A stretch of 64,000 nucleotides of DNA from positions 64,641 to 128,640 of IMG/VR virus record IMGVR_UViG_3300032317_000216. The stretch is one strand, 5' to 3'. This DNA comes from a virus (taxonomy: Duplodnaviria > Caudoviricetes). Positions 10,338-20,602 of the stretch are shown here, one piece after another. A program made the position numbers and the translations under genes. Below the pieces are notes generated by a model that was given only the letters and a program-made list of their open reading frames with translations, did not search any database and was not told the DNA's origin. Position 1 is the stretch's first letter. Each line of letters starts with the position of its first letter.

Positions 10338-11207
10338 ATGGTTGTATCGTTTTTTGAAGACATTTTTCAGTATGAAAAATTTCCTGTTGAATATGAATGC
10401 TTTAATCAATTAAAAGGTTTTAATAACTTAAACTATGTAGCGGTACCATGGACACAGATATTAAATGGACATTGGCTGGATTATCCAAATAAACAGCCAG
10501 CAGAATATTACTATAGAACATTAAGCAAATATAAAATACAACAAGAGAATAACTTCACTATATGTCAACATGATAGCTACATGATGCTTAAGCTTTATTT
10601 TAAACACCTCAAAATAACAAAAGTTTTTTCACCACTACATGACTGCAGTAATAACATGCCAGAAATAACTATTTTGCCTATACCCTTTACAAGTTCTTTT
10701 AACTTTAAGCAAGTTAATAAAGATATACACTTCTCTTTTATTGGGACACACACCTCTCACCCCATCCGGATAGATATGAAATCTCGGATTTTTGGTCCTA
10801 ATATTATTTACAGAGATAGCTACCATGTTGATTCAAATGTTATTATTGGTAATAAAAATACAAAACTCGCAGAAGAGAGGGAATACCAAGATGTTTTGCA
10901 GAGAAGTCGCTTTTCTCTTTGCCCGCGTGGAAGTTCTGTATCTTCGGTTAGATTTTGGGAAAGTATGCATGCACAAGCTATACCCATCTTAATTTCAGAT
11001 AACTGGGTGTTACCTGAATGGGATTGGGAGAATACTGTTGTGCATATAAAAGAAAGTGATTTTAATAAAATGAAATATAATGATATAGAAGCTCTTCTTA
11101 GTAGCATACCTAGTGAAAGAGAAGATAAAATGAGACAGAATTGTTTGGAAGCGCATAAAAAGTTTAACACAACTAATTTCGGTAACTACGTAAAAGCACA
11201 TCTATAA
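10338..11207 (+). CDS. exostosin-family (GT47-like) glycosyltransferase
   Basis: SRFSLCPRGSSVSSVRFWESMHAQAIPILISD motif. Confidence 0.85.
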   Translation: MVVSFFEDIFQYEKFPVEYECFNQLKGFNNLNYVAVPWTQILNGHWLDYPNKQPAEYYYRTLSKYKIQQENNFTICQHDSYMMLKLYFKHLKITKVFSPLHDCSNNMPEITILPIPFTSSFNFKQVNKDIHFSFIGTHTSHPIRIDMKSRIFGPNIIYRDSYHVDSNVIIGNKNTKLAEEREYQDVLQRSRFSLCPRGSSVSSVRFWESMHAQAIPILISDNWVLPEWDWENTVVHIKESDFNKMKYNDIEALLSSIPSEREDKMRQNCLEAHKKFNTTNFGNYVKAHL

Positions 11208-11210
11208 AAT

Positions 11211-12101
11211 ATGAATGTTTACTATGAAGATACTTTCTTAAGAGGATCAGATATAACAGAATGCTTCAAGAAAGCATATAAATTTGCATCGCCTGAAACT
11301 TGCGACTATTTTTTATGTACGTCTATAGATAACGACATTTGTAATGTAAAAGATGCGCTAAAATCATTTATTCTCAAAGCAAAAACAAATAATAAAAAAG
11401 TTATTTTTCTCGGTCAAGGTGATATCGAAGAAGGGTATATACCTGAAACAATAGGCTATAACTTCAAAAATAACTTGCTTAAAACTAAAAAATTTAAAAA
11501 TGAATTCTCTCTTACATCTTTATCAGAAGAAAGAGTACCTGACAAAAAATTTATACCATATGTTGGTGAGTGTTCTGTAGGTTTTTGTGGTGCAAGCGAC
11601 AGATTTGATAGAGAAAAATATTTAATGAATCTTAGAAATTCTCACTTAAAAACAAACTTTATTATTAAAAATGGCCCTAAGTGGGGAACCTCCTCTCATG
11701 CAGAGTGCGCAAATGAAGAAACTACAAGAAGAATTCAAGAAGAATCAATAGATATTTTTTATAAAAATATGACTGAAAATCTGTTTACTCTTTGTGTAAG
11801 AGGCTGGGGCAACTACAGCTACCGTTTTTGCCAAACTATTTGCATGGGCAGAATACCTGTTCTTATAGATACAGACTGCGTTCTTCCTTTTGAAGAAATT
11901 TTTAATTATAATGATTATATAGTTAGAGTTGCCCCTGATCAAAATATTGCACAAGCTATAGATAATTTCTATGCTATTAATAAAGAAAAACTAATTAATA
12001 TACAAGAACAACTTTACCAATTTGGCAATGAATATCTTACACCCGTAGGTTTTATGCAAAATCTTCATAAATTAATAGAGAAATATGAGTGTAGTAATTA
12101 A
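11211..12101 (+). CDS. exostosin-family (GT47-like) glycosyltransferase
   Basis: FTLCVRGWGNYSYRFCQTICMGRIPVLIDTD; paralog of 9429..10337. Confidence 0.85.
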   Translation: MNVYYEDTFLRGSDITECFKKAYKFASPETCDYFLCTSIDNDICNVKDALKSFILKAKTNNKKVIFLGQGDIEEGYIPETIGYNFKNNLLKTKKFKNEFSLTSLSEERVPDKKFIPYVGECSVGFCGASDRFDREKYLMNLRNSHLKTNFIIKNGPKWGTSSHAECANEETTRRIQEESIDIFYKNMTENLFTLCVRGWGNYSYRFCQTICMGRIPVLIDTDCVLPFEEIFNYNDYIVRVAPDQNIAQAIDNFYAINKEKLINIQEQLYQFGNEYLTPVGFMQNLHKLIEKYECSN

Positions 12102-12897
12102 AAAAAGCATGGGAAGATTTGGAAACCAATTGTTTCCTTATTTTACTGGCAGAATAATTTCTGAAAATTTAAAATTTAAACTTTATGGCCCCACTGAGTC
12201 TGATAGAGAATTTATGCTTCATGGCTTAGATTTGAATTACAATAAAAAAGAATATGCTCAATATGAAGAGCCTGTACAGCTTTTAGGGGACCATAGTAAT
12301 TCTGATCATTTCTATCACAGCGATATAAACCATTTTAATAAACTCTGCCATCCTAATTTCAATATTCTTGATATTATAAATGATAACACACCAAGAAAAA
12401 TAATACTAGATGGATATTTTCAGCGCAAAGGCTTTTTTTTACCTTTTAGAGAAAATATTATTGAATGGTTCAATCCAACAATCTATTCAGTAAATGATAC
12501 AGATACAGCTATTCACATACGTTTAGGAGATCTGCTTTTTCCTAACTTGAGAAAACACTTACTTCCACCGGATTACTATGAAGAAGCTATCAAACTTTGC
12601 CCAACAGGCAAGCTGACCATATGCACAGACTCTCCTGAAAATATATTCATACAATACCTAGTAAAAAAATATAACGCTACTGTATTTAAAGACACAGAAA
12701 AAAATACAATTTCTTTTCTAGCAGCTCATAATAATTTAATTTTAAGTCAAGGATCATTTAGCTTTTGGGCAGGATTTATGTGTAATGGTTCTAATATTAT
12801 TAATGCGCTGCCAAAGACTGGATGGAATAGTAGCGTGGATGATGTTGATGTTGATGTGCTTTTAACAGGTGAAAAATACAAATATATTAAATTATGA
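12085..12897 (+). CDS. alpha-1,2-fucosyltransferase (GT11-like)
   Basis: GRFGNQLF, GYFQ, IHIRLGD and SFSFWA motifs. Confidence 0.85.
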   Translation: MSVVIKKSMGRFGNQLFPYFTGRIISENLKFKLYGPTESDREFMLHGLDLNYNKKEYAQYEEPVQLLGDHSNSDHFYHSDINHFNKLCHPNFNILDIINDNTPRKIILDGYFQRKGFFLPFRENIIEWFNPTIYSVNDTDTAIHIRLGDLLFPNLRKHLLPPDYYEEAIKLCPTGKLTICTDSPENIFIQYLVKKYNATVFKDTEKNTISFLAAHNNLILSQGSFSFWAGFMCNGSNIINALPKTGWNSSVDDVDVDVLLTGEKYKYIKL

Positions 12898-13703
12898 ACA
12901 ATTTTCTACTTGTACATATTGGTGACTCTTTACCAAATTTTTTAAAAACATGCATTCGACAAATTCAATTAACAAACAAAAATGCTGATATTATTCTAGC
13001 AACAAATTTAAATGTACAAGCACCTGGTATTAACTGTGTTAATATAAACAAGCTACAGCTTAAAGACACAGGGAGCTATTTTCAATATAATCCAGATCCA
13101 CTATGGATTACTTCATTAAAAAGAATTTTTATAATAGACCATATAATGCAAAAATTTAATTTGAAGAATACTGTTCACATTGATAATGATGTGCTTGTAT
13201 ACAATAATATTGATGAAATAAAAGACAAATTAATTGAACCACTCTATATTACACCTCATAAAAAAACAGAGTTTACTTTTGGTTTTTCTTTTGCCAGAGA
13301 ATCTAATGCTTTCTCTCTTTTATCAGAAAATATTTATAGATTAATCATGCTTGGTGAAAACGAAGTTAAAAAGCTTACTGGAGATGAAACACATGAAATG
13401 AGATTGCTTGGCTACACAAATAATAGAAATATTACCCCTTTACCAATTCATCCTAAAATAGGGCAGCCTATTAACAACTTTATTTTTGACCCCTCTTCTT
13501 ATGGACAATATTTAGATGGTACACCTAGTGGTCATTTGCCTGGGTTTATTGATCCACTGCAGATAGCGGGTAGTATATTTAAAGATGAAAATCCAGAAAT
13601 ATTGTTTATTAATAAAAAACCAATTCTTAAACACAACAATAATATTTATAATATCTTTAATCTGCATATACACAGCAAACAACTTTCAAAATATGAAATT
13701 TGA
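12894..13703 (+). CDS. putative glycosyltransferase (GT-A)
   Basis: HIDNDV DxD-like motif, FDPSSYGQYLDG and NLHIHSK; position in the island. Confidence 0.6.
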   Translation: MNNFLLVHIGDSLPNFLKTCIRQIQLTNKNADIILATNLNVQAPGINCVNINKLQLKDTGSYFQYNPDPLWITSLKRIFIIDHIMQKFNLKNTVHIDNDVLVYNNIDEIKDKLIEPLYITPHKKTEFTFGFSFARESNAFSLLSENIYRLIMLGENEVKKLTGDETHEMRLLGYTNNRNITPLPIHPKIGQPINNFIFDPSSYGQYLDGTPSGHLPGFIDPLQIAGSIFKDENPEILFINKKPILKHNNNIYNIFNLHIHSKQLSKYEI

Positions 13704-14415
13704 TATAGTTATACCCTATCATAGTAAAGATGAATATACAATTAAAAATTGCGTTAATTCATGCTCACATATTAAAGAAAAACAAAATATTTTTATTGTA
13801 TCTAAAAAAGAACTCAATGTTCCTGGTACTATTTGGATTAATGAAAATATATTTCCATTTAATACAGAAAAAATAATAAAGCTTAATTCCAGCATTCCAG
13901 AGCATAGGGCTGGTTGGTACTTGCAGCAATTAATAAAATTATATTCTTTTATTATACCAAATATAACGGATAATTTTTTAGTATTAGATTCTGATGTAAT
14001 TTTTCAAAAAGATATAACTTTTTTTAGAGATAATATACCCTTGTATTCATTTTCAAATGAATATACTCATGAATATTTTGAATGTATGAATTTGCTTAAT
14101 TCTTTCTTTGAAAGAAGTGTTAATGTATCAGGCATATGTCATCACATGATGTTTGAGAAAGAAATTTTGTTGGAGATTTTTAAGCTTATTGAGAAGCCTA
14201 ATAAAGAAATTTGGGAATCAATTATAGAAAATATTAAAAACTGGCACCATGGTTTTTCAGAATATGAATTATATTTTCATTACATAAATAAAAAATACCC
14301 TAAAAAATATTCCATTAGAAAGCTATACTATGAAGATGTTGATGATTTTATGACACATACGCCAAGTAATAATTTAGATTATATAGCAAATCATGCATGG
14401 AGACGTCAAAAATAA
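13693..14415 (+). CDS. putative glycosyltransferase (DUF6492-like)
   Basis: GWYLQQLIKL, LDSDV and FSEYELY motifs. Confidence 0.7.
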   Translation: MKFDIVIPYHSKDEYTIKNCVNSCSHIKEKQNIFIVSKKELNVPGTIWINENIFPFNTEKIIKLNSSIPEHRAGWYLQQLIKLYSFIIPNITDNFLVLDSDVIFQKDITFFRDNIPLYSFSNEYTHEYFECMNLLNSFFERSVNVSGICHHMMFEKEILLEIFKLIEKPNKEIWESIIENIKNWHHGFSEYELYFHYINKKYPKKYSIRKLYYEDVDDFMTHTPSNNLDYIANHAWRRQK

Positions 14416-14416
14416 A

Positions 14417-15289
14417 ATGAATTTTATTACTGGAGAAAAACTTCAAGAATTTGCACATGTAACAGTGGCTCTTAATACTGAAAATAATTACAACTCAGAG
14501 TTAGTTCAGACTCAAATAAGAAATACTAAAACACGGTGCTTTGTTTTTAGTCCCTATAAAACAGATGTTGTAATACCCTCAGAGCTAAGAACAGCTAAAA
14601 TTGTTTTTACTTACCCTCATATTCTAGATTATTTTTTTAATTATGTTTTTCCTCAAATAGATGGACCTATTACTCTTATCACTCACAATAGCGATGTAGG
14701 CGTTGATTCAAGGTATATACCTTTCTTAAATTCAAATAAAATAAATAGATGGTTTTGTCAGAATAAATCCACCATACACTCAAAACTTTCTTCTCTTCCT
14801 ATAGGAATTGCAAATAGACAATGGCCTCACGGCAATATACAAAATATTGAAGAAATTATAAAATTAAATTTACCGAAAAATAATCTCGCTTTAAAAACTT
14901 TTGATTTGTCCACAAATACCCAACACAGGCAACAAATAAACATTCAAACAGAGCAAAATGGGTTTGTAATGTCGCCGCCTATGCCTCATATTGAATATCT
15001 CAAACAACTCAAGCAATCTTATTTCTGTTTTTCCCCATTTGGAGGAGGTGCTGATTGTCATAGAATATGGGAGTGTCTTTATTTAGGCTGTGTTCCTATT
15101 GTACCAAAACATGAATATGTTTTTAGAGACTTTGAAGAACTTCCAATTCTTTTTGTAGATAATTTTGCCACCATTACAAAAGATTATTTAAAATTAAGAA
15201 TACCCGAATTCTTTCCTTTTGACAATTTCAATTTAAACAAATTAGATTTAAATTACTGGAAAAAAGAGATATGTGGGCATATAATATAA
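14417..15289 (+). CDS. exostosin-like glycosyltransferase
   Basis: ITHNSD, LPIGIAN and FCFSPFGGGADCHRIWECLYLGCVPIV motifs. Confidence 0.75.
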   Translation: MNFITGEKLQEFAHVTVALNTENNYNSELVQTQIRNTKTRCFVFSPYKTDVVIPSELRTAKIVFTYPHILDYFFNYVFPQIDGPITLITHNSDVGVDSRYIPFLNSNKINRWFCQNKSTIHSKLSSLPIGIANRQWPHGNIQNIEEIIKLNLPKNNLALKTFDLSTNTQHRQQINIQTEQNGFVMSPPMPHIEYLKQLKQSYFCFSPFGGGADCHRIWECLYLGCVPIVPKHEYVFRDFEELPILFVDNFATITKDYLKLRIPEFFPFDNFNLNKLDLNYWKKEICGHII

Positions 15290-15292
15290 ATT

Positions 15293-15973
15293 ATGACTGT
15301 AGGGTTATTTCAAGGACAACTGAGAGGGTTTAAGCATGCATTTAACTACATCCAAAACAACCTCTTACAGCCACTTGAATGTAAAGAGCTAATTTTTTAT
15401 TTACCAGAAGATGATAAAGATAAAGAAATTGAAAAGTTTATTCCTAGCTCATATAATGCTCATATAGTGTATGAAAAAGAAATATATCATGATGAAGAAG
15501 GGCTTCTAAATACAGATAACTTGACTTACAATGACAAGGGAATTGAATATAATAAATACCCACTAAGAGGCAGACTTCAGCATTATCTCATTCAGCTTTA
15601 CAATAAAAAAAGAGTATTTGAGATTTATAAAAATTCTTTCCCTGACTGCAGTAATCATAGGATATTGTTTATGCGGCCTGATCTTGCTCCGCATATACCT
15701 CTTAACCCAAATGAATTAAACTTTAATTGTTTAAATGTACCCAATTGTCCTCAATGGTTTGGCGTTTACGATAGGATGTGTATTGGTAATTTTAAAAACG
15801 TTGAAACGTACTCTCTATTGTACGACAATATAAAAAACAAACCATCGTTTAGCCATAATAACCCTGAATCAAGACTTAAGTTCTGGTTAGATTATAACAA
15901 TATTTGTACTAATATTTTTCAATTAGGTGAAGTATTGCGCGTAAGCATGGATGGTACATGCAGAGACTCCTAA
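15293..15973 (+). CDS. putative glycan-modifying protein
   Basis: GQLRGF N-terminus, MRPDL and NPESRL pattern seen in viral glycosylation clusters. Confidence 0.5.
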   Translation: MTVGLFQGQLRGFKHAFNYIQNNLLQPLECKELIFYLPEDDKDKEIEKFIPSSYNAHIVYEKEIYHDEEGLLNTDNLTYNDKGIEYNKYPLRGRLQHYLIQLYNKKRVFEIYKNSFPDCSNHRILFMRPDLAPHIPLNPNELNFNCLNVPNCPQWFGVYDRMCIGNFKNVETYSLLYDNIKNKPSFSHNNPESRLKFWLDYNNICTNIFQLGEVLRVSMDGTCRDS

Positions 15974-15989
15974 ATTTATAAAAAATATT

Positions 15990-16766
15990 ATGAAAAAGGG
16001 GCTTGTAGGTTTTACTAACGAGAAATATATTGCGTTAACAGAAGTTTTTGTTGATTCTGTTTTAAAATTTTCTTCCTTGCCTGTAACTATAATTACTATG
16101 GGATTTGATCACGACTTTAAAAATAGTCGCGTAAATAACAAGCGGGTAGATCTTGAATTAAATCAAAATTCGTGGGTAGAATCAACCCTCAGTAAGTATA
16201 TAGCTTGCGCTCAAACACCATATGATGTTACTTTTTATGCAGATATCGACATGGTTATAACAAAAAAATTTGACCCATGGTTCAATAGTATTGAGCCCAC
16301 TGTTGCTTCTCTTGAAAAAATATTTAGCTGCAAACACCCTCATTTTCCTTGCAATGAAACTAATCATTCTTTATTACAATTTTTTAAAAAATTTGGTCTC
16401 GGTATAACTCCAGATTATATTTTAACTGCAGGGTTTGCTTATAACCACAAATTCATACCTCGCTTTTTAGACGCTCATAAGAGAGCAATTAGTCTCCTTA
16501 AAGACGGTGTTGAATTTCCAACAGGTGAGGAATGCTTTTTGAACGCATTTCTAATGCAAAACAACCTCATACAAGACAGCGGGTATGATTATCTGCCAAA
16601 CGCTGAGCTTTTTGAGTCATACATCAACAAATCCTTAGATGCTAAAAAGTACATACACCCTATATACCTGGAACAAGGCAGATACATAAATCCCGTTCTT
16701 TTTCATGGAAATAAAGATATTAACCGAGCTCGGTATATGATAGAAGAAATTGAAAAACACACTTGA
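15990..16766 (+). CDS. putative glycosyltransferase (GT8/GT-A-like)
   Basis: FYADID DxD motif, EECFLN and FHGNK motifs. Confidence 0.65.
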   Translation: MKKGLVGFTNEKYIALTEVFVDSVLKFSSLPVTIITMGFDHDFKNSRVNNKRVDLELNQNSWVESTLSKYIACAQTPYDVTFYADIDMVITKKFDPWFNSIEPTVASLEKIFSCKHPHFPCNETNHSLLQFFKKFGLGITPDYILTAGFAYNHKFIPRFLDAHKRAISLLKDGVEFPTGEECFLNAFLMQNNLIQDSGYDYLPNAELFESYINKSLDAKKYIHPIYLEQGRYINPVLFHGNKDINRARYMIEEIEKHT

Positions 16767-16798
16767 ATATTATTTTTTATACACTATCATAAGCCAAT

Positions 16799-17383
16799 AT
16801 GATTATCAATCAAAAAATATACGACGGTAAACTTCTCCACTCACGTTTTGCTTACACTTTTTTTCGCGATAAAACATTGCCAATTGGTAATATTATTGCT
16901 TTCCGCGCTCCAATGAAAGTTGAAGCTGAAGGCATGATTGACAGCGAGGATGTTCTTAATAATGACTACATCTATAGCGATGATGCAATAAACTTTCTCT
17001 GGGAGATACCTAACCTTGATGCTTTTGGTGCTGTTGCATATCAAAGACTTCTAAATACACAAATTGCAAACATTCTAAGCACTCAATACTTGAAGGCACC
17101 AATTGAGGTAGATGGTGATGATTTAATTGTTCATAAAGAGCACCAGCAGGGTGGCATTGCACAGACAAAAGGTAAATGCAGCGTTAGTATAACATATACA
17201 AAGAATAATGTTGCTCTTGGTCATACAGGAATTAATATCACTGCAGGTAAGAAGGCTCCTGCATTTGCGTATTCTACGAATCTCGCTGATGATCAAGTCA
17301 CACAGTTTATGAAGACAGTTATTGAACTATTTTACACAATAAACGACGATATCTTTATTGCTACTACTAAAGTTATTAGTTAA
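16799..17383 (+). CDS. DUF366-like protein (lipoate/biotin ligase-like fold)
   Basis: YDGKLLHSRFAY, MIDSED, GDDL, GKCSVSI and HTGINI motifs. Confidence 0.7.
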   Translation: MIINQKIYDGKLLHSRFAYTFFRDKTLPIGNIIAFRAPMKVEAEGMIDSEDVLNNDYIYSDDAINFLWEIPNLDAFGAVAYQRLLNTQIANILSTQYLKAPIEVDGDDLIVHKEHQQGGIAQTKGKCSVSITYTKNNVALGHTGINITAGKKAPAFAYSTNLADDQVTQFMKTVIELFYTINDDIFIATTKVIS

Positions 17384-17748
17384 TGAGTATATTCGATATT
17401 ATTGCAGATATTCTTTTTACAAAAAAGAAATCATCTTTAACTAATATTGATAACGAATCATCATTTTCACCTTTCATGCTCAATAGATGGATTAGCATGT
17501 ATTCAAATAGCCTGGCTATTAAGTGCAATTTTTTAAATAAATTTATTGCATGCAACAAGCAAACTGCTTACACATTATTCTTCAATGTTTTTGATAAAAT
17601 GCCGCAGAAGAAAATAACATATTATAAAAAAAATAAAGAGAATACTGAAAGTGATGAGAGAGAACCGATGATAGCCAAGTCACTTGAGCTGTCATATCGT
17701 GAAATTAAACTATACCAAGACGTATTGACTTCTCTAAAAAGCGCATAA
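17383..17748 (+). CDS. clamp loader small subunit (T4 gp62-like)
   Basis: FSPFMLNRWISM motif, size, and KKITYYKK. Confidence 0.65.
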   Translation: MSIFDIIADILFTKKKSSLTNIDNESSFSPFMLNRWISMYSNSLAIKCNFLNKFIACNKQTAYTLFFNVFDKMPQKKITYYKKNKENTESDEREPMIAKSLELSYREIKLYQDVLTSLKSA

Positions 17749-17757
17749 TATATTAAT

Positions 17758-18210
17758 ATGCCTGCTAATATTGATCTTCTGCCTACACAAAAAAGTTTAA
17801 TTGATTTATCTGAATTGCCAAAGAATTCATTTAATTCTATTTTCTACGGCTTTAGTCTCAAGCAATTGCTTGATGATGTCATGCTTGTAAAGTTTGTGGA
17901 TGAGACAGAGGATGGAACCAATATTATACGAAACGGTATTGTTGTACCTGTTAATGTTGATACAAAGGCTTGGCGTATTGGTGAGGTTATTTTAGCCGGA
18001 CCAAATACCAAACACGCAAAAGTAAGAGATTATGTTTGTTTTCCAAACAACCTTGGGGTTCCTGTTGCTAATATTTCTGTTGATGGTTATGGCACTTTGA
18101 AAAAAGGTATCTTTCTTAATGAACAGCGTATATTTGGTATTTGTTCTGTTATTAATGATAATAATTCAGTAGCGGCACATACAACTAAAAAACGAAAAAG
18201 CGGTGAATGA
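17758..18210 (+). CDS. GroES-like co-chaperonin
   Basis: LDDVMLVK...NGIVVP...GEVILAGP...VRDYV pattern. Confidence 0.75.
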   Translation: MPANIDLLPTQKSLIDLSELPKNSFNSIFYGFSLKQLLDDVMLVKFVDETEDGTNIIRNGIVVPVNVDTKAWRIGEVILAGPNTKHAKVRDYVCFPNNLGVPVANISVDGYGTLKKGIFLNEQRIFGICSVINDNNSVAAHTTKKRKSGE

Positions 18211-18584
18211 AAGTAACTGTATCTACTCTGCGTACTATAGTACAGAGCAATGTTGCTGAAATAAAGTTCTTTAGAAGACGCCCTAAGCCTGGATTCCCTG
18301 CTACAAGAAGAATGCTCTGTACTACTAGTTTTCCGCTACTGAACAGTACAGAGGGTAGACTTGTTTTAAACTATAGACCTACTAACAGACCACCTCGCTT
18401 TAACCCAACGCAGAAAGATCTTCTTATAGTATGGGATATTTTCATGCAAAATTACCGTTGTGTAAATACAGCTGCATGCAATCTTATAACCACCATACCT
18501 GCAAATAAAGAATTTTGGAAATATTTTACTCAAAAATTAGCACGCCTAACCTCGCAACAAAAAATGGCGTTTATGAACAAATGA
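18207..18584 (+). CDS. DUF2693/WYL-like SH3-fold protein
   Basis: VAEIKF..RRMLCT..LIVWDI pattern. Confidence 0.55.
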   Translation: MKVTVSTLRTIVQSNVAEIKFFRRRPKPGFPATRRMLCTTSFPLLNSTEGRLVLNYRPTNRPPRFNPTQKDLLIVWDIFMQNYRCVNTAACNLITTIPANKEFWKYFTQKLARLTSQQKMAFMNK

Positions 18585-18928
18585 CAACCACTGCCTACAT
18601 AACAAGCACTGTTAACAAGCATTTACAAAAACATGCTGAGTTTGTCATCGACAGCAAGACTATTAAATCGGGTAAAATTCTACTTTTTAGTATAAAAGAC
18701 TTTTTTTGCGCATTTCTCCTTTATAACGAAACAAAGAAAAAAAGATTTTTGTATGAAATCCCTTACCCATTCAGCTTTACTGAGAATAAAGATGAACTTA
18801 TTTTTGATTATACTCTTGCTACATTTACACAAAATAATCCTGCAGTAAAAGATGATTTCTTAAAATTTAGAAATAAAAAGTCATCTAAACTGTTTAATAA
18901 AAAAGTAAAACTCAAGATTTTCATTTAA
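18581..18928 (+). CDS. hypothetical protein
   Basis: ATGA overlap with the upstream gene. Confidence 0.55.
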   Translation: MTTTAYITSTVNKHLQKHAEFVIDSKTIKSGKILLFSIKDFFCAFLLYNETKKKRFLYEIPYPFSFTENKDELIFDYTLATFTQNNPAVKDDFLKFRNKKSSKLFNKKVKLKIFI

Positions 18929-18959
18929 CTTCATAAAAAGTATACTATAATATAGTACT

Positions 18960-20591
18960 GTGCTTAGTCGATATTTAAATCATTTTCCAAAAGAATATAA
19001 CCCCTCACCTCAGCAAGTAAAACTCATTAAACATGTTGAAAAGGCTTTTAACAAAGGTAAGAAGTTTGTCATAGCATGCGCACCAACTGGATCGGGAAAA
19101 AGTTTTCTTGCCAAGACACTTGCAGGGCTAAGTAACTCGCCTGATCCTGATTTTGTTGAGTTAGTCAAAACATACAAAGCATACAAACAAGACTTCACAG
19201 GTAATTATATTCATGAAGCTGAATGTCTTAATACACCAGCTGCAGGCGCATTTGCTTTAACCATAACAAAATCACTACAGGATCAATACTTAAAACTATT
19301 TGCAGATACAAATCTTCTCAAAGGAAAAACAAACTACATATGCGATGTGGATCAAAATTTTGACGTTGAGACTGCCCCTTGTCTGCTAGTAAGCAAACTA
19401 AAAGATGATTGTTGGGAAAAAAATAGATGTCCATATTATAATGCGCGTAATAGCGCCTTAATATCTCAATTCGCTGCTTTAAATTATAAGATGTTTTTAT
19501 CACTGCCTAAACACTTGAAGCGCAAAAACTTTCTTATTTGTGATGAAGCATCAGAGCTTGAAGATGAACTAGTAAAACAGTTTTCAGCTGAAGTAAACTA
19601 TGAAAGACTCAAAAATTATGGAGTAGAATATCAACCACTTACATCTGAATCATATGAAAAAGCGCGCAACTGGGTTAATATCTTATCTCTTAATATTAAT
19701 GAAAAGATTGACACTCTCATTAGTAAAGCAAGTAAAAAGCAAAACTCTCTCTCTCAGCCTGAGCGTATAAAACTTTTATATCTAAAGAATGTTTCAAATT
19801 CTTTATCTTCAATTGACTTGCTCTGGAATGACTGTGAATTTGTAGTTGATAGAGATTCAAAGAAAGCTACATTCACACCACTAAAGATTGACAAGCTGTC
19901 AAAAAATGTCTTTGATTATGGTGACAATGTTCTTCTCATGTCAGCAACAATCATTGATCATAAAAACTTTGCAAAAACTCTTGGCATAACAGATTATGAA
20001 TATGTAGAAGTGGATAGTGACTTCGAAGCCTCAAAATCACCTATACACGTTTCTTCTAAACACAAATTAAACTATAAAAACTTAAAAGTTGTTCTGCCTG
20101 ATATCATTGATCAAATAAAGCAGATTGTAGAGTTCCATAAAAACGATAAAGGCATCATACACACCCACACACAAGAGATAACAAATCTTCTTAGAGATAA
20201 ATTACAGACAAACAGAAGATATCTTTTTAGAGATGCTACATCTAAGAATGAAGATATATTAAGCGAGCATTTTAAAGCAGATTTTCCTACAATACTTGTG
20301 TCCCCTTCGCTTTCATATGGTATTGATCTAAAAGATGATTTAGCTAGATTTCAGATAATAGTTAAACTGCCTTTCCCGCCACTCTCTAGCAAAAGAATTA
20401 AACGTTTATTTGATATTGATAAGAACTGGTATGAGAACAAAATGCTTAACTCTATAGTGCAAGCATGTGGTAGAGCCACCAGAAGTAAGCACGACTATTC
20501 AACAACATACATACTTGATGGAAACATTGTAAATACATTGAAAAGAACAAAAGACAAGCTTCCCCGTTATTTTATTGACAGGGTTTGTTAA
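18960..20591 (+). CDS. DinG/XPD-family SF2 helicase with Fe-S cluster cysteines
   Basis: APTGSGKS, four Cys (ICD..APC..DDC..RCPYY), ICDEAS, LMSAT, GIDL and QACGRATR motifs. Confidence 0.88.
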   Translation: MLSRYLNHFPKEYNPSPQQVKLIKHVEKAFNKGKKFVIACAPTGSGKSFLAKTLAGLSNSPDPDFVELVKTYKAYKQDFTGNYIHEAECLNTPAAGAFALTITKSLQDQYLKLFADTNLLKGKTNYICDVDQNFDVETAPCLLVSKLKDDCWEKNRCPYYNARNSALISQFAALNYKMFLSLPKHLKRKNFLICDEASELEDELVKQFSAEVNYERLKNYGVEYQPLTSESYEKARNWVNILSLNINEKIDTLISKASKKQNSLSQPERIKLLYLKNVSNSLSSIDLLWNDCEFVVDRDSKKATFTPLKIDKLSKNVFDYGDNVLLMSATIIDHKNFAKTLGITDYEYVEVDSDFEASKSPIHVSSKHKLNYKNLKVVLPDIIDQIKQIVEFHKNDKGIIHTHTQEITNLLRDKLQTNRRYLFRDATSKNEDILSEHFKADFPTILVSPSLSYGIDLKDDLARFQIIVKLPFPPLSSKRIKRLFDIDKNWYENKMLNSIVQACGRATRSKHDYSTTYILDGNIVNTLKRTKDKLPRYFIDRVC

Positions 20592-20602
20592 TAAATAATA
20601 TA

